From Octopus vulgaris (lineage: Eukaryota), in assembly GCA_951406725.2 (NCBI GenBank), contig OX597823.1, positions 104,036,001 through 104,100,000 of the forward strand: a DNA stretch of 64,000 nt. Direction: 5' to 3'. Position numbers and translations under genes: made by a program. Within the stretch, counting starts at the first letter, position 1. Each line of letters begins with the position of its first letter. Under the pieces are notes generated by a model, which worked only from the letters and a program-made list of their open reading frames with translations, was not told the DNA's origin and ran no database searches. Shown here piece by piece: positions 44,954 to 58,053 of this stretch.

Positions 44954-46950
44954 TGGACAAAGTTTAGAAAGCTTCTTTCCCTACTGGCGACAAAGGGTCT
45001 CTCACTCAGAATGAAGGGTAGATTGTACGGCGCATGTGTGCGAACTGCCATGCTTCACGGCAGTGAAATATGGGTTGTGACTGTAGAGGACATGCGTAGG
45101 CTCGAAAGGAATGAAGCTAGCATGATCCGCTGGATGTGTAATGTCATGCACGACATTACATGATCCGCTGGATGTGTAATGTCCATGCACGACATTACAT
45201 GATCCGCTGGATGTGTAATGTCCATGCACGACATTACATGATCCGCTGGATGTGTAATGTCCATGCACGACATTACATGATCCGCTGGATGTGTAATGTC
45301 CATGCACGACATTACATGATCCGCTGGATGTGTAATGTCCATGCACGACATTACATGATCCGCTGGATGTGTAATGTCCATGCACGACATTACATGATCC
45401 GCTGGATGTGTAATGTCCATGCACGACATTACATGATCCGCTGGATGTGTAATGTCCATGCACGACATTACATGATCCGCTGGATGTGTAATGTCCATGC
45501 ACGATATTACATGATCCGCTGGATGTGTAATGTCCATGCACGACATTACATGATCCGCTGGATGTGTAATGTCCATGCACGACATTACATGATCCGCTGG
45601 ATGTGTAATGTCATGCACGACATTACATGATCCGCTGGATGTGTAATGTCCATGCACGACATTACATGATCCGCTGGATGTGTAATGTCATGCACGACAT
45701 TACATGATCCGCTGGATGTGTAATGTCAGGCACGACATTACATGATCCGCTGGATGTGTAATGTCCATGCACGACATTACATGATCCGCTGGATGTGTAA
45801 TGTCCATGCACGACATTACATGATCCGCTGGATGTGTAATGTCCATGCACGACATTACATGATCCGCTGGATGTGTAATGTCATGCACGACATTACATGA
45901 TCCGCTGGATGTGTAATGTCCATGCACGACATTACATGATCCGCTGGATGTGTAATGTCATGCACGACATTACATGATCCGCTGGATGTGTAATGTCCAT
46001 GCACGACATTACATGATCCGCTGGATGTGTAATGTCCATGCACGACATTACATGATCCGCTGGATGTGTAATGTCCATGCACGACATTACATGATCCGCT
46101 GGATGTGTAATGTCCATGCACGACATTACATGATCCGCTGGATGTGTAATGTCATGCACGACATTACATGATCCGCTGGATGTGTAATGTCATGCACGAC
46201 ATTACATGATCCGCTGGATGTGTAATGTCCATGCACGACATTACATGATCCGCTGGATGTGTAATGTCCATGCACGACAAAGCGGAACCGCCCTGAGAGA
46301 AATGTCAGACATAAGAAGAAAATCGGATGTGGCGTGCAGCAGAGACGTTTGCGTTGGTATGGTCATGTACTACGAATGGATGAGGAAACACGTGTGAAGG
46401 AGTGCCACTCCCAAACAGTTAAAGGAATCCGGGATAGAGTTAGACCCAGGAAGACATGGGATGAGGTGGTCAAGCATAACCTTCGAACGTTGGGCCTCAC
46501 AAAGGCAATGATTAAAGACCGAGACCTTTGGAGATATGCTGTGACTGCGTAGTCCCGACAATTGAAGTGAATTCATGGCTTGCAGGACGGCCTACAGTGC
46601 TTACCTTGAATCATTGGGCGACCTGCTGTGCTTGAGGAAACCTATTCAGTCAAGAACATCAACATCAAAATAAAAATCAAATGGAAATTGTAGTTGTGAT
46701 ACCCGTGCCGGTGGCACGTAAAAAGCACCATCTGAACGTGGCCGATGCCAGCCTCCTCTGGCCCCTGTGCCGGTGGTGCGTAAACAGCACCCACTACACT
46801 CCCGGAGTGATTGGCATTAGGAAGGGCATCCAGCTGTAGAAACACTGCCAGATCAGACTGGAGCCTGGTGCAGCCTCCTGGCTTCCCACAACCAGGTCGA
46901 ACCGTCCAACCATGCTGGCATGGAAAGTGGGCGTTAAACGATGATAATGA
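44954..46950 (+). mobile_element. 5'-truncated RTE-clade LINE (post-RT C-terminus + 3' UTR) interrupted by a tandem array
   Basis: WTKFRKLLSLLATKGLSLRMKGRLYGACVRTAMLHGSEIW...ERNEASMIRWMCNV before the array; RRLRWYGHVLRMDEE...RPRKTWDEVV...DRDLWR after it. 3' UTR contains AGGAAGGGCATCCAGCTGTAGAAA and ends GCGTTAAACGATGATAATGA, typical of RTE/BovB-like elements. Confidence 0.9.
45121..46279 (+). repeat. Tandem minisatellite, unit CATGATCCGCTGGATGTGTAATGTCCATGCACGACATTA (39 bp; 38-bp variants), 29 full units + a final 36-bp unit
   Basis: Counted by hand. Units are near-identical, with no spacers. Confidence 0.97.
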
Positions 46951-46973
46951 GATATATGCATAAACATACATAT

Positions 46974-47023
<50 letters not shown>

Positions 47024-47267
47024 ATTAATTTATATAATTAGGCTTCAGTAAAATAATTTACTTTACCGCACACCGAACTTTTAGAAATAGCAGCCAAAAA
47101 ATATATATATATTATATATAACGTAATGTTTTAAATATACCGTAAATGGTCTTTTTACATACTGAACACTACTTGGTCAAATTATTAATTAATAATTAAT
47201 TAATTTTACCCTTTTATTATTGACTATATATATATGTATATATACACACACACACATATATGCATAC

Positions 47268-47320
<53 letters not shown>

Positions 47321-47664
47321 CAAAATAAGAAAAGGGAGAAATACATCTAAATCATTTATCAACTACCAGAAGCATATCATTACGATACATATGATGAATT
47401 GACCAACATAAAACGATTTGAAATATTCAAGATTTCCATACATTTGTATTACAAGTTATATAGGAATATTGTATGCCTTACATTTGTGTGTTAAAATAAA
47501 TTAATCGTAAAATATTGCAAGGGAAGTAACTCCGCATAACTTCATGTACCCTTCTGCTCTTTAGATGTGGGTACGTGTTAACTACTGCATACTAAGTACA
47601 TGTGCAATTTGTGCGTGTATGTGTGTGTGCGTGTGTGTGTGTGCTTGCATGTGTGTGTGCTTGT

Positions 47665-47865
47665 GTGTCTGTGTTTGTTCCCCTACCATCGCTTAACAAC
47701 CGATGTTGGCGTGTTTATGTCCCCGAAACTTAGCTGCTCGGTGAAAGAATCACCTAGGATAAGTACTAGGCTTGCAAAGAATAAGTCCTGGAGAAGATTA
47801 GCTCGACTAAAGGCGCTGCTTCAGCATGGGCGCTGTCAAGTGACACTGAAACAAGTAAAAGAATA
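47665..47865 (+). mobile_element. SINE family 1, diverged 3' half
   Basis: AAGTACTAGGCTTGCAAAGAATAAGTCCTGG...CTGAAACAAGTAAAAGAAT. Confidence 0.75.
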
Positions 47866-47909
47866 TAAATACAAATGCATACACACACGCATATATATAT
47901 ATGTATACC

Positions 47910-47964
<55 letters not shown>

Positions 47965-48138
47965 GATGGATGGATGGATATGTATGCATATGTATATATA
48001 TATATATGCGGTTTTCGAACACATGCACACACACACACACATATGATATGTACGTACGTATGTATGTATGTATATACGTATATATACATATCAATACATA
48101 CATGCATATATATATATATATATATATATTATAGAAGG

Positions 48139-48189
48139 AGCTTCTACAGGGCTAGAACTGTTTCATTCAAATGAAATCATCAGGAAGCT
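48139..48189 (-). ncRNA. Type I hammerhead ribozyme motif within a palindrome
   Basis: Minus strand AGCTTC-CTGATGA-TTTCATTTGAAT-GAAACAG-TTCTAGCC-CTGTA-GAAGCT: 6-bp stem I, canonical core, ACAG/CTGT stem III, GUA site; weak stem II. Confidence 0.7.
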
Positions 48190-48318
48190 TCCTGATGATT
48201 TCATTTGAATGGAACAGTTCCAGTCCTGTAGAAGCTCCTTCTATAAAATAAATTAATTTACTCTGCTATGTACTGAGTACCTTATTTACTGTGGTTAACC
48301 CCGACTCAACCCGGGACC

Positions 48319-48371
<53 letters not shown>

Positions 48372-48460
48372 GTGTGCGTGTATATATATATATATATGTA
48401 TACATATATATACATACATACATACTTACATATATGTATATGTATATATATATACATGTA

Positions 48461-48510
<50 letters not shown>

Positions 48511-48540
48511 TGTATGTATGGATATGTATATATACGTATA

Positions 48541-49200
48541 TACATACATACATACATACATACATACATACGTACGTACGTACGTACGTACATACATACA
48601 TAAATACATACATACATACATACATACATACATAAATACATACATAAATACATAAATACATAAATACATACATAAATACATACATAAATACATACATACA
48701 TACATACATACATAAATACATAAATACATACATAAATACATACATACATACATACATACATACATACATACATACAATACATACATACATACATACATAC
48801 ATACATACATAAATACATAAATACATAAATACATACATACATACATAAATACATACATAAATACATAAATACATACATACATACATACATACATAAATAC
48901 ATACATACATAAATACATACATACATACATACATAAATACATACATACATACATACATACATAAATACATAAATACATACATACATACATACATAAATAC
49001 ATACATACATACATACATACATACATACATAAATACATGCATACATACATAAATACATACATAAATACATACATACATACATACATACATAAATACATAC
49101 ATACATACATACATAAATACATACATACATACATACATACATAAATACATACATAAATACATAAATAAATACATACATACATACATACATACATATACAT
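48541..49200 (+). repeat. (TACA)n with TAAA interruptions
   Basis: Directly visible. Confidence 0.95.
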
Positions 49201-49343
49201 TCATTATATATATTAGCATTTCCAAACCAATTGAAGATGCCACCTTCATTTTAATGTAATTTATTCAAAATTCGGGCGATTATGTTTATTTTGAAGTATT
49301 ATTAAACGCCAAGCATTACGGCGTGCTGTCGCTTGTAACCGTG

Positions 49344-49427
<84 letters not shown>

Positions 49428-49494
49428 CGAAAACCGCACATTGTAAACTTCAAACATAATTACGGTATTGATTTATTTTCTTAGCAAAGGCAGC

Positions 49495-49775
<281 letters not shown>

Positions 49776-50556
49776 GATAGGCGGCTGGACGTGACAGAGG
49801 ATGGACGTATTTTTACGATGCTCTGAACTGGCAACAGCGAACCCAGCAGGTCAACTGTAGAAAACTGGAAGATCTACTGTTTACTGTAAGTAATTTGAAT
49901 TACCCTCAAAATAAGTAAAAAAAAACTTACATATCTACAGCTCATACAAACGTACACCTAACAAGAAAAATTAGAAACATAAATATCTCCAATTCTGTGT
50001 GAACATTTACATTTAGTCGTCTCTCATGACTATAAGAATGTGTAAAATTGCCTTTTAAATTACCTTTTATTGTAACAACACAATTAAATGCACGATAAAA
50101 AGTTATGGAATTAAGCACCTACTACTATATACATACAACTGAATTCAGAAATTTAAAAATATATACATAACATTGAACTCAGAAAGTTATTTAAAAAAAG
50201 AAAAAAAAATCTTCGACGAAAACATCAGATAATATGTGTGAGTGAATATACATATATATACATATACATATGCATGTGGTGAAGAAGAAAAGAGAAAGGA
50301 AAAAATAAATAAATAAATAAATAAACGTAAACAGGTTTGACCTTTTACTGACCATTAACGTCCTTTGTCTCCATCTACCGTGGCTATTTATAGACCCAAA
50401 GAACATGAATTCTTTAACCACCCATTCTCCAACACAATGGAGTGTTGATGGTGGCTGTGGCTACACATAAAACAATGTCATTGAAGATGATGATGGTGAT
50501 GGTGATGTTGCTGATGATGGTGATGGTGGTGAAGATGATAGTAATAACAATAATAA

Positions 50557-53500
50557 CTGACAGATCCCGTCTTTTTCCCTTTCTTTTCGTTTCCTTCTCC
50601 GTATTTTATTCTCATTATTTCGAACTAATACAGACACAGTAAGCCTTGAAGAAAGGAAGAGGAGGAAAGGAAAAAAAAAAAAAAAAAAAAAAAATGTCCG
50701 GAGATAAAACTATCAACAAAAAAAATACAGACGAATATAGATCTGCTAGTCTTAAGAAGCGGCGCTATGAGCAATGCTTACACGTAGTGAACCCTAAACT
50801 GACAGATCCATCTCCTAATATAAGAATGGATGCTCGTCATGCTTCAAGGTCAACAAATCAAACAATAAACCGCATTGGTCATTGCGCGGATTACAAAAGA
50901 CCACGTACCCGAAAATTGAACCAAATCCTGATTGAAAAATCAGTTACTGGATCAAATCTTCCCAACACACAGGAGCTGGACGAACCCCACAACCGGAATA
51001 TTCCAACAGATGGCCATCCATGCTCATCACCAAATAATCAAAAGAAAAAGAAGGAAAAATGGTCTAGGGAAGATAATAAAGAAGTTCTTGAGGCCTTCTA
51101 CCATGCCATATATTTCCCCACAGATAAGTCTAGCACTGTACAAGCATACTTAAACTGGAGACAGAAACACCCTGAAGTAAGACCCTACATAGACAGTAAC
51201 AAGCTTGCCAATGTTAGAAGAAACATTATAAAAAAGAAATTACTGACTGAAGTAGAGATTGATCAGGTTAGACAAGCAATATCGGATAAAATGAACGAAG
51301 CTGCAGCTAGAGAAGATAATACAGAGGAAATGATTATAGACCAGCCCAGGGCGGATAAAAACGAAGAGAGGATTGAAAGAGTTAGTATAAGTGATAGGCA
51401 AAGTGAAATACGCCCTGAACCAATCATAAACACTAAGACAGATGAGCATCAAATAGATAAAGAAAGTCACACAAATATTGACCCAACAGAACTACATGAG
51501 CTAAAAAATCAAATCATGATTGAATGGCTGAAAATTAAAGAAACCAGCATGGATGAGCGTGATACACTTCCTAAAATCCGCAACTCTAACCAAAACATGA
51601 AAATAATTGGTAAAATCCGGCTTGCACTTAAGGATATAATTTCAGTTAATGATGTTGATATCACAAACCTCAACCACCTATACTATGCATCCGCGAAAAT
51701 CTCAACGATCCTATGTGGTGTAAAGATTAGAAAACGGCAACAGTCCCACAAAAAGCCTTCTTGGCAAGAGCGTCTGCAACAACAAATTAAAATATTTAGA
51801 TCTGACATTGAATATTTGAAAAACCTTAAGGCTCACAAGATTACCAAACCTACAAAAACCCAAAAATTACTGAAAAAATACAATATGAAAACTATACTTG
51901 ATATTGATGCCACCATAGAAACCATCAAACAAAAGGTATCTGCCAAAGCTGCCCGCATAGCGAGGTATGAAAAGCGTGTTAGATTTTTCAAGGACAACAA
52001 CATGTTCAAAAATAACACCAAGAATTTTTACAGGAAGATGGGAAAAACAGCGTTTACTGCAGGGTCTGTACCATCAAAAGAAGAAGTGCAGAGATTTTGG
52101 AATAAAATCTGGGCAGAAGAAAAAACACACAACGAAAAGGCCCCCTGGATTGACAGAATATCTACAGAACTGGACCCCTTAGAAGAGCAAAAGTGGGAGG
52201 GTGTCAAGGTAGAAGATATAAGATCTGCTCTCAGGAGGTCAAGCAAATGGAAGTCTCCAGGAAAGGATAAAATTCCTAACTTCTGGCTGAATGCCTTCCC
52301 AGAGAGCCATGAACTGCTAACAGAACTGTACAATGATGTTTTGCAACACCCTAGTAGGATGCCTCCTTGGCTAGTTAATGGGTTAACATTCCTGCTTCCA
52401 AAAAGTGAAGAAACAAATGAACCAAAAAACTATAGACCCATAACTTGCTTAACAACTATGTACAAAACACTAACATCTGTCCTGACGGAATATACCTATA
52501 GTTTTTTAACAGACAGCAGCATATTCCCTAATGAACAGAAAGGATGTAAACGTGGATCCTACGGCTGTAAAGACCAACTACTCATCAATAAGATGATCTT
52601 AGAAGATTGTCACAAACGACACAAAAACTTATCAATAGCCTGGATAGACTATAAAAAGGCTTTTGATAGCCTACCACATAGCTGGATTAGGAAATGCCTT
52701 GAAATGTATAAGATAGCACCAACTCTGCGAAACTTCTTGACTGTAAGTATGAGATCATGGAGAACCACACTAACTCTGAACAGTGACAGTGAATCCCTAA
52801 ATGCTGGTGATGTAAAAATTTCGTGTGGCATTTTCCAGGGTGACTCACTGTCACCACTCCTCTTTTGTTTATCCTTAATACCTCTCTCAAAGCTGCTCAA
52901 TGACGCGCAGTACGGGTATAAAATGTTTGATAAAAATATAAATCATCTCGTTTACATGGATGATTTAAAGCTTTTTGCAAAAAATGATCAACAACTCAAG
53001 GGCTTACTAGCGATAGTCAAACAATTCAGTGACGACATCAGAATGCAATTCGGCCTCGATAAATGTGCAAAGGCTACCTTTATCAAAGGAAAAATGACAG
53101 AAACATCTAACGTTAACCTTGACCAACAGAATGTCATAAAAGAACTAGACCCAGCGGAGAGCTACAAGTACCTAGGGATAATTGAAGGGAACGGAATAAG
53201 GCATTCAGAGATGAAGGAAAGGATCAGGAGAGAATGCTATCGAAGAGTGAGAGCAATACTCAAGACAGAGCTGAATGCAAGAAACAGGATCGAAGCAATC
53301 AATGCATTAGCTATACCAGTCGTGACTTACAGTTTCAATATTGTTAACTGGTCAATTACTGAAATATGTCAGCTCGACAGAAAAATAAGGAAACTGTTGA
53401 CAATGCATAGAATGCACCACCCTAAGGCAGATACAGAACGACTCTATCTGCCAAGAAAAGAGGGAGGCCGTGGTCTTTTGCAACTGGCAATAACAATGAA

Positions 53501-54736
53501 GATTGCTACAATTGGCCTAGACACCTACCTGAAAAACTCTGAGGACTGGATGCTAAAACTTGTCTCAAAACATGAAAACAAGAAAGCATCATACTCAGTC
53601 ACAAAACAGGCAAAGGAATATCTAAGTGAATTCCGAATACAACCAATTTCGGAATTAGAGATAGATATACAAGAAACAAGCACAGAAAAAGCTAGGCGCA
53701 TGAAAACCCGTGCCAAAACTGCGGCCTTAGATATTCTGAATAATAAATGGCAAGAAAAACCTCTCTATGGCAAATACCCAAAGAGAGCGAATAATGCAGA
53801 TATCGACAAAGCCCTGACCCATCAATGGCTAATGGCCTCTGGCTTAAAATCTGAAACAGAGGGGTTTATCATAGCAGCTCAAGATCAATGCCTACCAACA
53901 AGAAACTACCAGGCCAACATATTAAAGATCAGAAGCAGTCCAACGTGTCGTGTATGCAAGCAACAAAATGAAACCATTGACCATGTGGTCTCCAAGTGCA
54001 GTCTTCTAGCGCCTACAGAGTATCTCAACAGGCACGATAGAGCTGCACAATATATTCACTGGGTAATCTGTAAAAACCTGGATTTGCCCCATGAAAAAAA
54101 CTGGTGGGAACACAAACCACCCCCAGTGCTTGAAAATGACCACATCTCACTCCTCTGGAACTTCACCATTCAAACTGACAGGAAGATAGATGCAAATAGG
54201 CCAGACATCATATTGAAAAACTTCAAACAAAGAACATGCCTCCTCATTGATATGACTGTCCCAATCGATATAAACGTATCTGTCAAGACCTACCAAAAAC
54301 TGAGCAAATATAAAGATCTTGAAATAGAAATCAGCAAAATGTGGAAGCTGAAGACTAAAACAATACCTGTTGTCATAGGTGCCCTGGGAATGATAGCAAA
54401 AGGGGCTGATAGCTACCTAACTCAGATACCAGGAAACCCAAAAATGGCAGAAGTTCAAAAGATAGTGCTCATGGGAACTGCTCATATCCTACGCAAAATA
54501 CTCTCTATGTAATCTCAAGGTTTAAAACAAACATAATTTTCGGTTTAAAAAAAAAAAAAAAAAAAAAAAACCTTTTTTTTTCTTTTTAGACATTCATTAG
54601 TACAACATCCCCACCCCCCAAATATATGGCACACTAGGCATAACAACAACATGAACTTCCAACCCTGTTGTCTCTTGAGGTCTCTGGGTGAGACTTGGAG
54701 CCAACTTGTACAAATATAAAGCAAAAGTCAAACATA
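50557..54736 (+). mobile_element. Probably full-length Dong/R4-like LINE inserted in a TAA/GAT-rich repeat
   Basis: ORF above. 3' UTR (54513-54736) runs directly into (AAT)n; the left junction follows AGTAATAACAATAATAA. Dong elements are known to target TAA repeats. The 5' boundary is inferred. Confidence 0.8.
50694..54512 (+). CDS. Single ORF of a Dong/R4-clade non-LTR retrotransposon: reverse transcriptase + CCHC zinc knuckle + restriction-like (PD-D/ExK) endonuclease, ~1272 aa from the first ATG (alternative ATG at 50826)
   Basis: Uninterrupted frame with ordered RT motifs KSPGKDKIPNFW, YRPITCLTTMYK, EQKGC, WIDYKKAFDS, GIFQGDSLSPLLF, HLVYMDDLKL, FGLDKC, YKYLG, RLYLPRKEGGRGL. C-terminal CRVCKQQNETIDHVVSKC, RHD, NRPDII..LLIDMTVP..KLSKYKDL (RLE). 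N-terminal KWSREDNKEVLEAFY resembles R4/Dong N-termini. No APE domain. Confidence 0.95.
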   Translation: MSGDKTINKKNTDEYRSASLKKRRYEQCLHVVNPKLTDPSPNIRMDARHASRSTNQTINRIGHCADYKRPRTRKLNQILIEKSVTGSNLPNTQELDEPHNRNIPTDGHPCSSPNNQKKKKEKWSREDNKEVLEAFYHAIYFPTDKSSTVQAYLNWRQKHPEVRPYIDSNKLANVRRNIIKKKLLTEVEIDQVRQAISDKMNEAAAREDNTEEMIIDQPRADKNEERIERVSISDRQSEIRPEPIINTKTDEHQIDKESHTNIDPTELHELKNQIMIEWLKIKETSMDERDTLPKIRNSNQNMKIIGKIRLALKDIISVNDVDITNLNHLYYASAKISTILCGVKIRKRQQSHKKPSWQERLQQQIKIFRSDIEYLKNLKAHKITKPTKTQKLLKKYNMKTILDIDATIETIKQKVSAKAARIARYEKRVRFFKDNNMFKNNTKNFYRKMGKTAFTAGSVPSKEEVQRFWNKIWAEEKTHNEKAPWIDRISTELDPLEEQKWEGVKVEDIRSALRRSSKWKSPGKDKIPNFWLNAFPESHELLTELYNDVLQHPSRMPPWLVNGLTFLLPKSEETNEPKNYRPITCLTTMYKTLTSVLTEYTYSFLTDSSIFPNEQKGCKRGSYGCKDQLLINKMILEDCHKRHKNLSIAWIDYKKAFDSLPHSWIRKCLEMYKIAPTLRNFLTVSMRSWRTTLTLNSDSESLNAGDVKISCGIFQGDSLSPLLFCLSLIPLSKLLNDAQYGYKMFDKNINHLVYMDDLKLFAKNDQQLKGLLAIVKQFSDDIRMQFGLDKCAKATFIKGKMTETSNVNLDQQNVIKELDPAESYKYLGIIEGNGIRHSEMKERIRRECYRRVRAILKTELNARNRIEAINALAIPVVTYSFNIVNWSITEICQLDRKIRKLLTMHRMHHPKADTERLYLPRKEGGRGLLQLAITMKIATIGLDTYLKNSEDWMLKLVSKHENKKASYSVTKQAKEYLSEFRIQPISELEIDIQETSTEKARRMKTRAKTAALDILNNKWQEKPLYGKYPKRANNADIDKALTHQWLMASGLKSETEGFIIAAQDQCLPTRNYQANILKIRSSPTCRVCKQQNETIDHVVSKCSLLAPTEYLNRHDRAAQYIHWVICKNLDLPHEKNWWEHKPPPVLENDHISLLWNFTIQTDRKIDANRPDIILKNFKQRTCLLIDMTVPIDINVSVKTYQKLSKYKDLEIEISKMWKLKTKTIPVVIGALGMIAKGADSYLTQIPGNPKMAEVQKIVLMGTAHILRKILSM

Positions 54737-55195
<459 letters not shown>

Positions 55196-55368
55196 CCACA
55201 ACTTCAGATGCAATTACCACACCGATAATATTTTACCTGGAATAAACGGAATATTTAAATATTTGAAATATAACTTAATACTAATGCATGACTTATGCTG
55301 GAGGCGAGAGGTTCTGAATTTCATTAGATGAATATTCATGGAACAAATACATAATGCATTCGTATGAG

Positions 55369-55555
55369 CATGTATATGTATATCATGTATATGTATATCA
55401 TGTATATGTATATCATGTATATGTATATCATGTATATGTATATCATGTATATGTATATCATGTATATGTATATCATGTATATGTATATCATGTATATGTA
55501 TTTCATGTATATGTATATCATGTATATGTATATCATGTATATGTATATCATGTAT
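55369..55555 (+). repeat. 15-bp minisatellite CATGTATATGTATAT, ~12 copies
   Basis: Directly visible. Confidence 0.92.
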
Positions 55556-55586
55556 AGTTGTTACACATTTACCAACGAAAATACGC

Positions 55587-55648
<62 letters not shown>

Positions 55649-55652
<4 letters not shown>

Positions 55653-55845
55653 AGAATTCACGAAAAAAACAAAAGACAAAGACAGGTGGTGTAGGGCGTT
55701 ATACAGATGTATTAGTATAACGCTCGGGAATTGAAAAAGTCTTTTACGTTTCGAGCCTACGCTCTTCTACAGAAAGGGACATAGAAAAAAACAAGGAGAG
55801 AAAAAAAAATGTGTGTAGTGGCTACCGATGTATCATGGCGAATGT
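55649..55845 (-). mobile_element. Solo PLE-like pLTR fragment (subfamily related to the 35098 element)
   Basis: Shares CGTTTCGAGCCTACGCTCTTC and GTATTAGTAT..CGCTC with 35098/61872; between (TA)n tracts. Confidence 0.7.
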
Positions 55846-55848
55846 GTG

Positions 55849-55896
<48 letters not shown>

Positions 55897-56065
55897 TATG
55901 TGAATATATATATATATATACGCATACATTTTTACTTATATACGCATATGTATATTCATAAACACACACATATACGCGTGAGTGTGGGTATATATGTGTA
56001 TATGTATGTATGTGCGTGTGTATTCGTGTGTATGTGTATGTGTGTATGTGAGAGAGAGAGAGGGG

Positions 56066-56112
<47 letters not shown>

Positions 56113-56195
56113 TGTCATATTTCCTATTCGTGTAATTCCTTATAGCGTATTTTACTATAAAGAGTTAAGAGAAATACAATACTATTGTCAATAAG

Positions 56196-56420
56196 AAGGG
56201 CCGGCGCTTGGAAGAGCGGGGCCGAATTAGAGAATTGTCAGTGGGGGCTTGTACTATACAAAAGCAGATGATTGATGCTTTATGCTTCACGTAGTACGCC
56301 ACTCCCAGCCAAAAAGCTCGACACAATGATATACAAAAAAATCAACTTATCGACTCCGCTCGAGTGTCTGTGTAAGGCTGTTTCTTGGTGTGGGGTCTAA
56401 TTGGCTTAAAACTGCTTCTG
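56196..56420. mobile_element. Possible decayed hAT-like MITE
   Basis: Left end AGGGCCGGCGCTT..GGGGCCGAATT and right end GGGGTCTAATTGGCTTAAAACTGCTTCTG loosely resemble such termini. Confidence 0.3.
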
Positions 56421-56892
56421 TCTATAGCTAAAGTGTAAAAGTGACACGAAAACATTTTGATATTTCATAGTAGACATCATTAAATTAGTATAATGTGAAT
56501 ATAACGGTAAATATATCAAAAAATTTATCTTCTATGGGATATCCATTCAGTCCTGTTAACTTCGAGCTTCATTGGTTTCGAAGGTTAGTATTCAGCTGTT
56601 AGTATTTGCATATAATTGGGGACAATTCACAGAAATATGTGCCTAATAGTGTGATTTTCGAGTAGAATCTGCAGCACAGAGTTTTATGATAAAGCTTTAT
56701 CTTTTGAATTGTAGTGGTAGTCCATCTTTTGGTTTTCTATTTGGTTTCTTCCATTCATTTTCGCTCAGAGTGTGCAGGTTAACAAGAGGGTATAGAAACA
56801 CATTTACTCAAGATGCTCCGGACCTTGTGATTGCGAAGCGATCTTCTTAGCTATTTAGGCACACACACACATACACATACATATATGCATAT

Positions 56893-56998
<106 letters not shown>

Positions 56999-58011
56999 AC
57001 ACATATATGCATAAACAAACACATGCACACACGCCCAAATGTATCTATGTGGGGGGAGATGAAGGAAAGGGGAAAAGCACGAACACAAACTTTCTTTTCT
57101 TATCATAATTAATAATAAAGAAATGAGCGAGATAAAAACTCCTTTAATATTTTGCTAGAGAGATATGTATTTATTCGTATAAGGACACCTGCTCAAAAAG
57201 ATACTCAAAATACGCGGGTACAAAACGAGACTTTTAACCACATTACTAAACTTGTTCCTTCAATTTTATCTTTTTAATAAATTGATAAATATTAAATTTT
57301 TATTTTTCAGAAAAATACAACGTCTTTTCAAACTTACGTTTGTTTGTTTTTAAGCCACAATGAAGACAAAGAGGATACAAATGATGCATTTTTGATAAGA
57401 CATTTGTTTAATAAAATTAATGAATAAATAAATAGCTTACAGGAGAACGTTATAAATACATCAGATATAATTGGACAAGCAATCTTATTATCTTTACTTA
57501 TGAATTATTAAATGGAAACAAAAGCAACCAATATGCAGAGTTAGAATTAGGTTTTGTGTTGTCAAAATGTCGGTCGACGTATTGATGACGTCATTAGTTT
57601 ATACTATTGATTTCTCGAATCAACGAGAAGCATCTGGGAAGTTATTTGATCAGCTGTAAATAAAAACCAAATCTCCCTCAAATCATACCTAACCATCATT
57701 ATAGAGAGAAAAAAAAAGAACCGCACGTTAAATTTCCTAAAGATTCTCCTAAATGACTGCTTGGTCATGGTTGGAGCGTCTTCGGTGATATAATGGTTGT
57801 ACTTGCGTAGCTTCTAATCAATCCTATTCTGCTACATGAATATTGATCTGAGGTTACACAAGACCAGCTAGGACTGGTTTCCCAATTGTTGTTGTGTTGT
57901 TTTTCAGTCTTAAGTTAACTTGGTCGATGAAATGTATTCAAACCGTAACCAATTTTAGGAGCATTTAAACTACATAATCTCATACGTCCGCTTTTTCTTA
58001 AATCTCCATCA

Positions 58012-58049
<38 letters not shown>

Positions 58050-58053
<4 letters not shown>

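Noticed and set aside
45121-46279. CRISPR array (36-39-bp hairpin repeats)
   Set aside because: No unique spacers, no cas genes, eukaryotic context; the unit derives from RTE coding sequence.
50646-50693. ORF-track start of the 1288-aa protein
   Set aside because: TTG start followed by a poly(A)-encoded Lys run; the first ATG is 50694.
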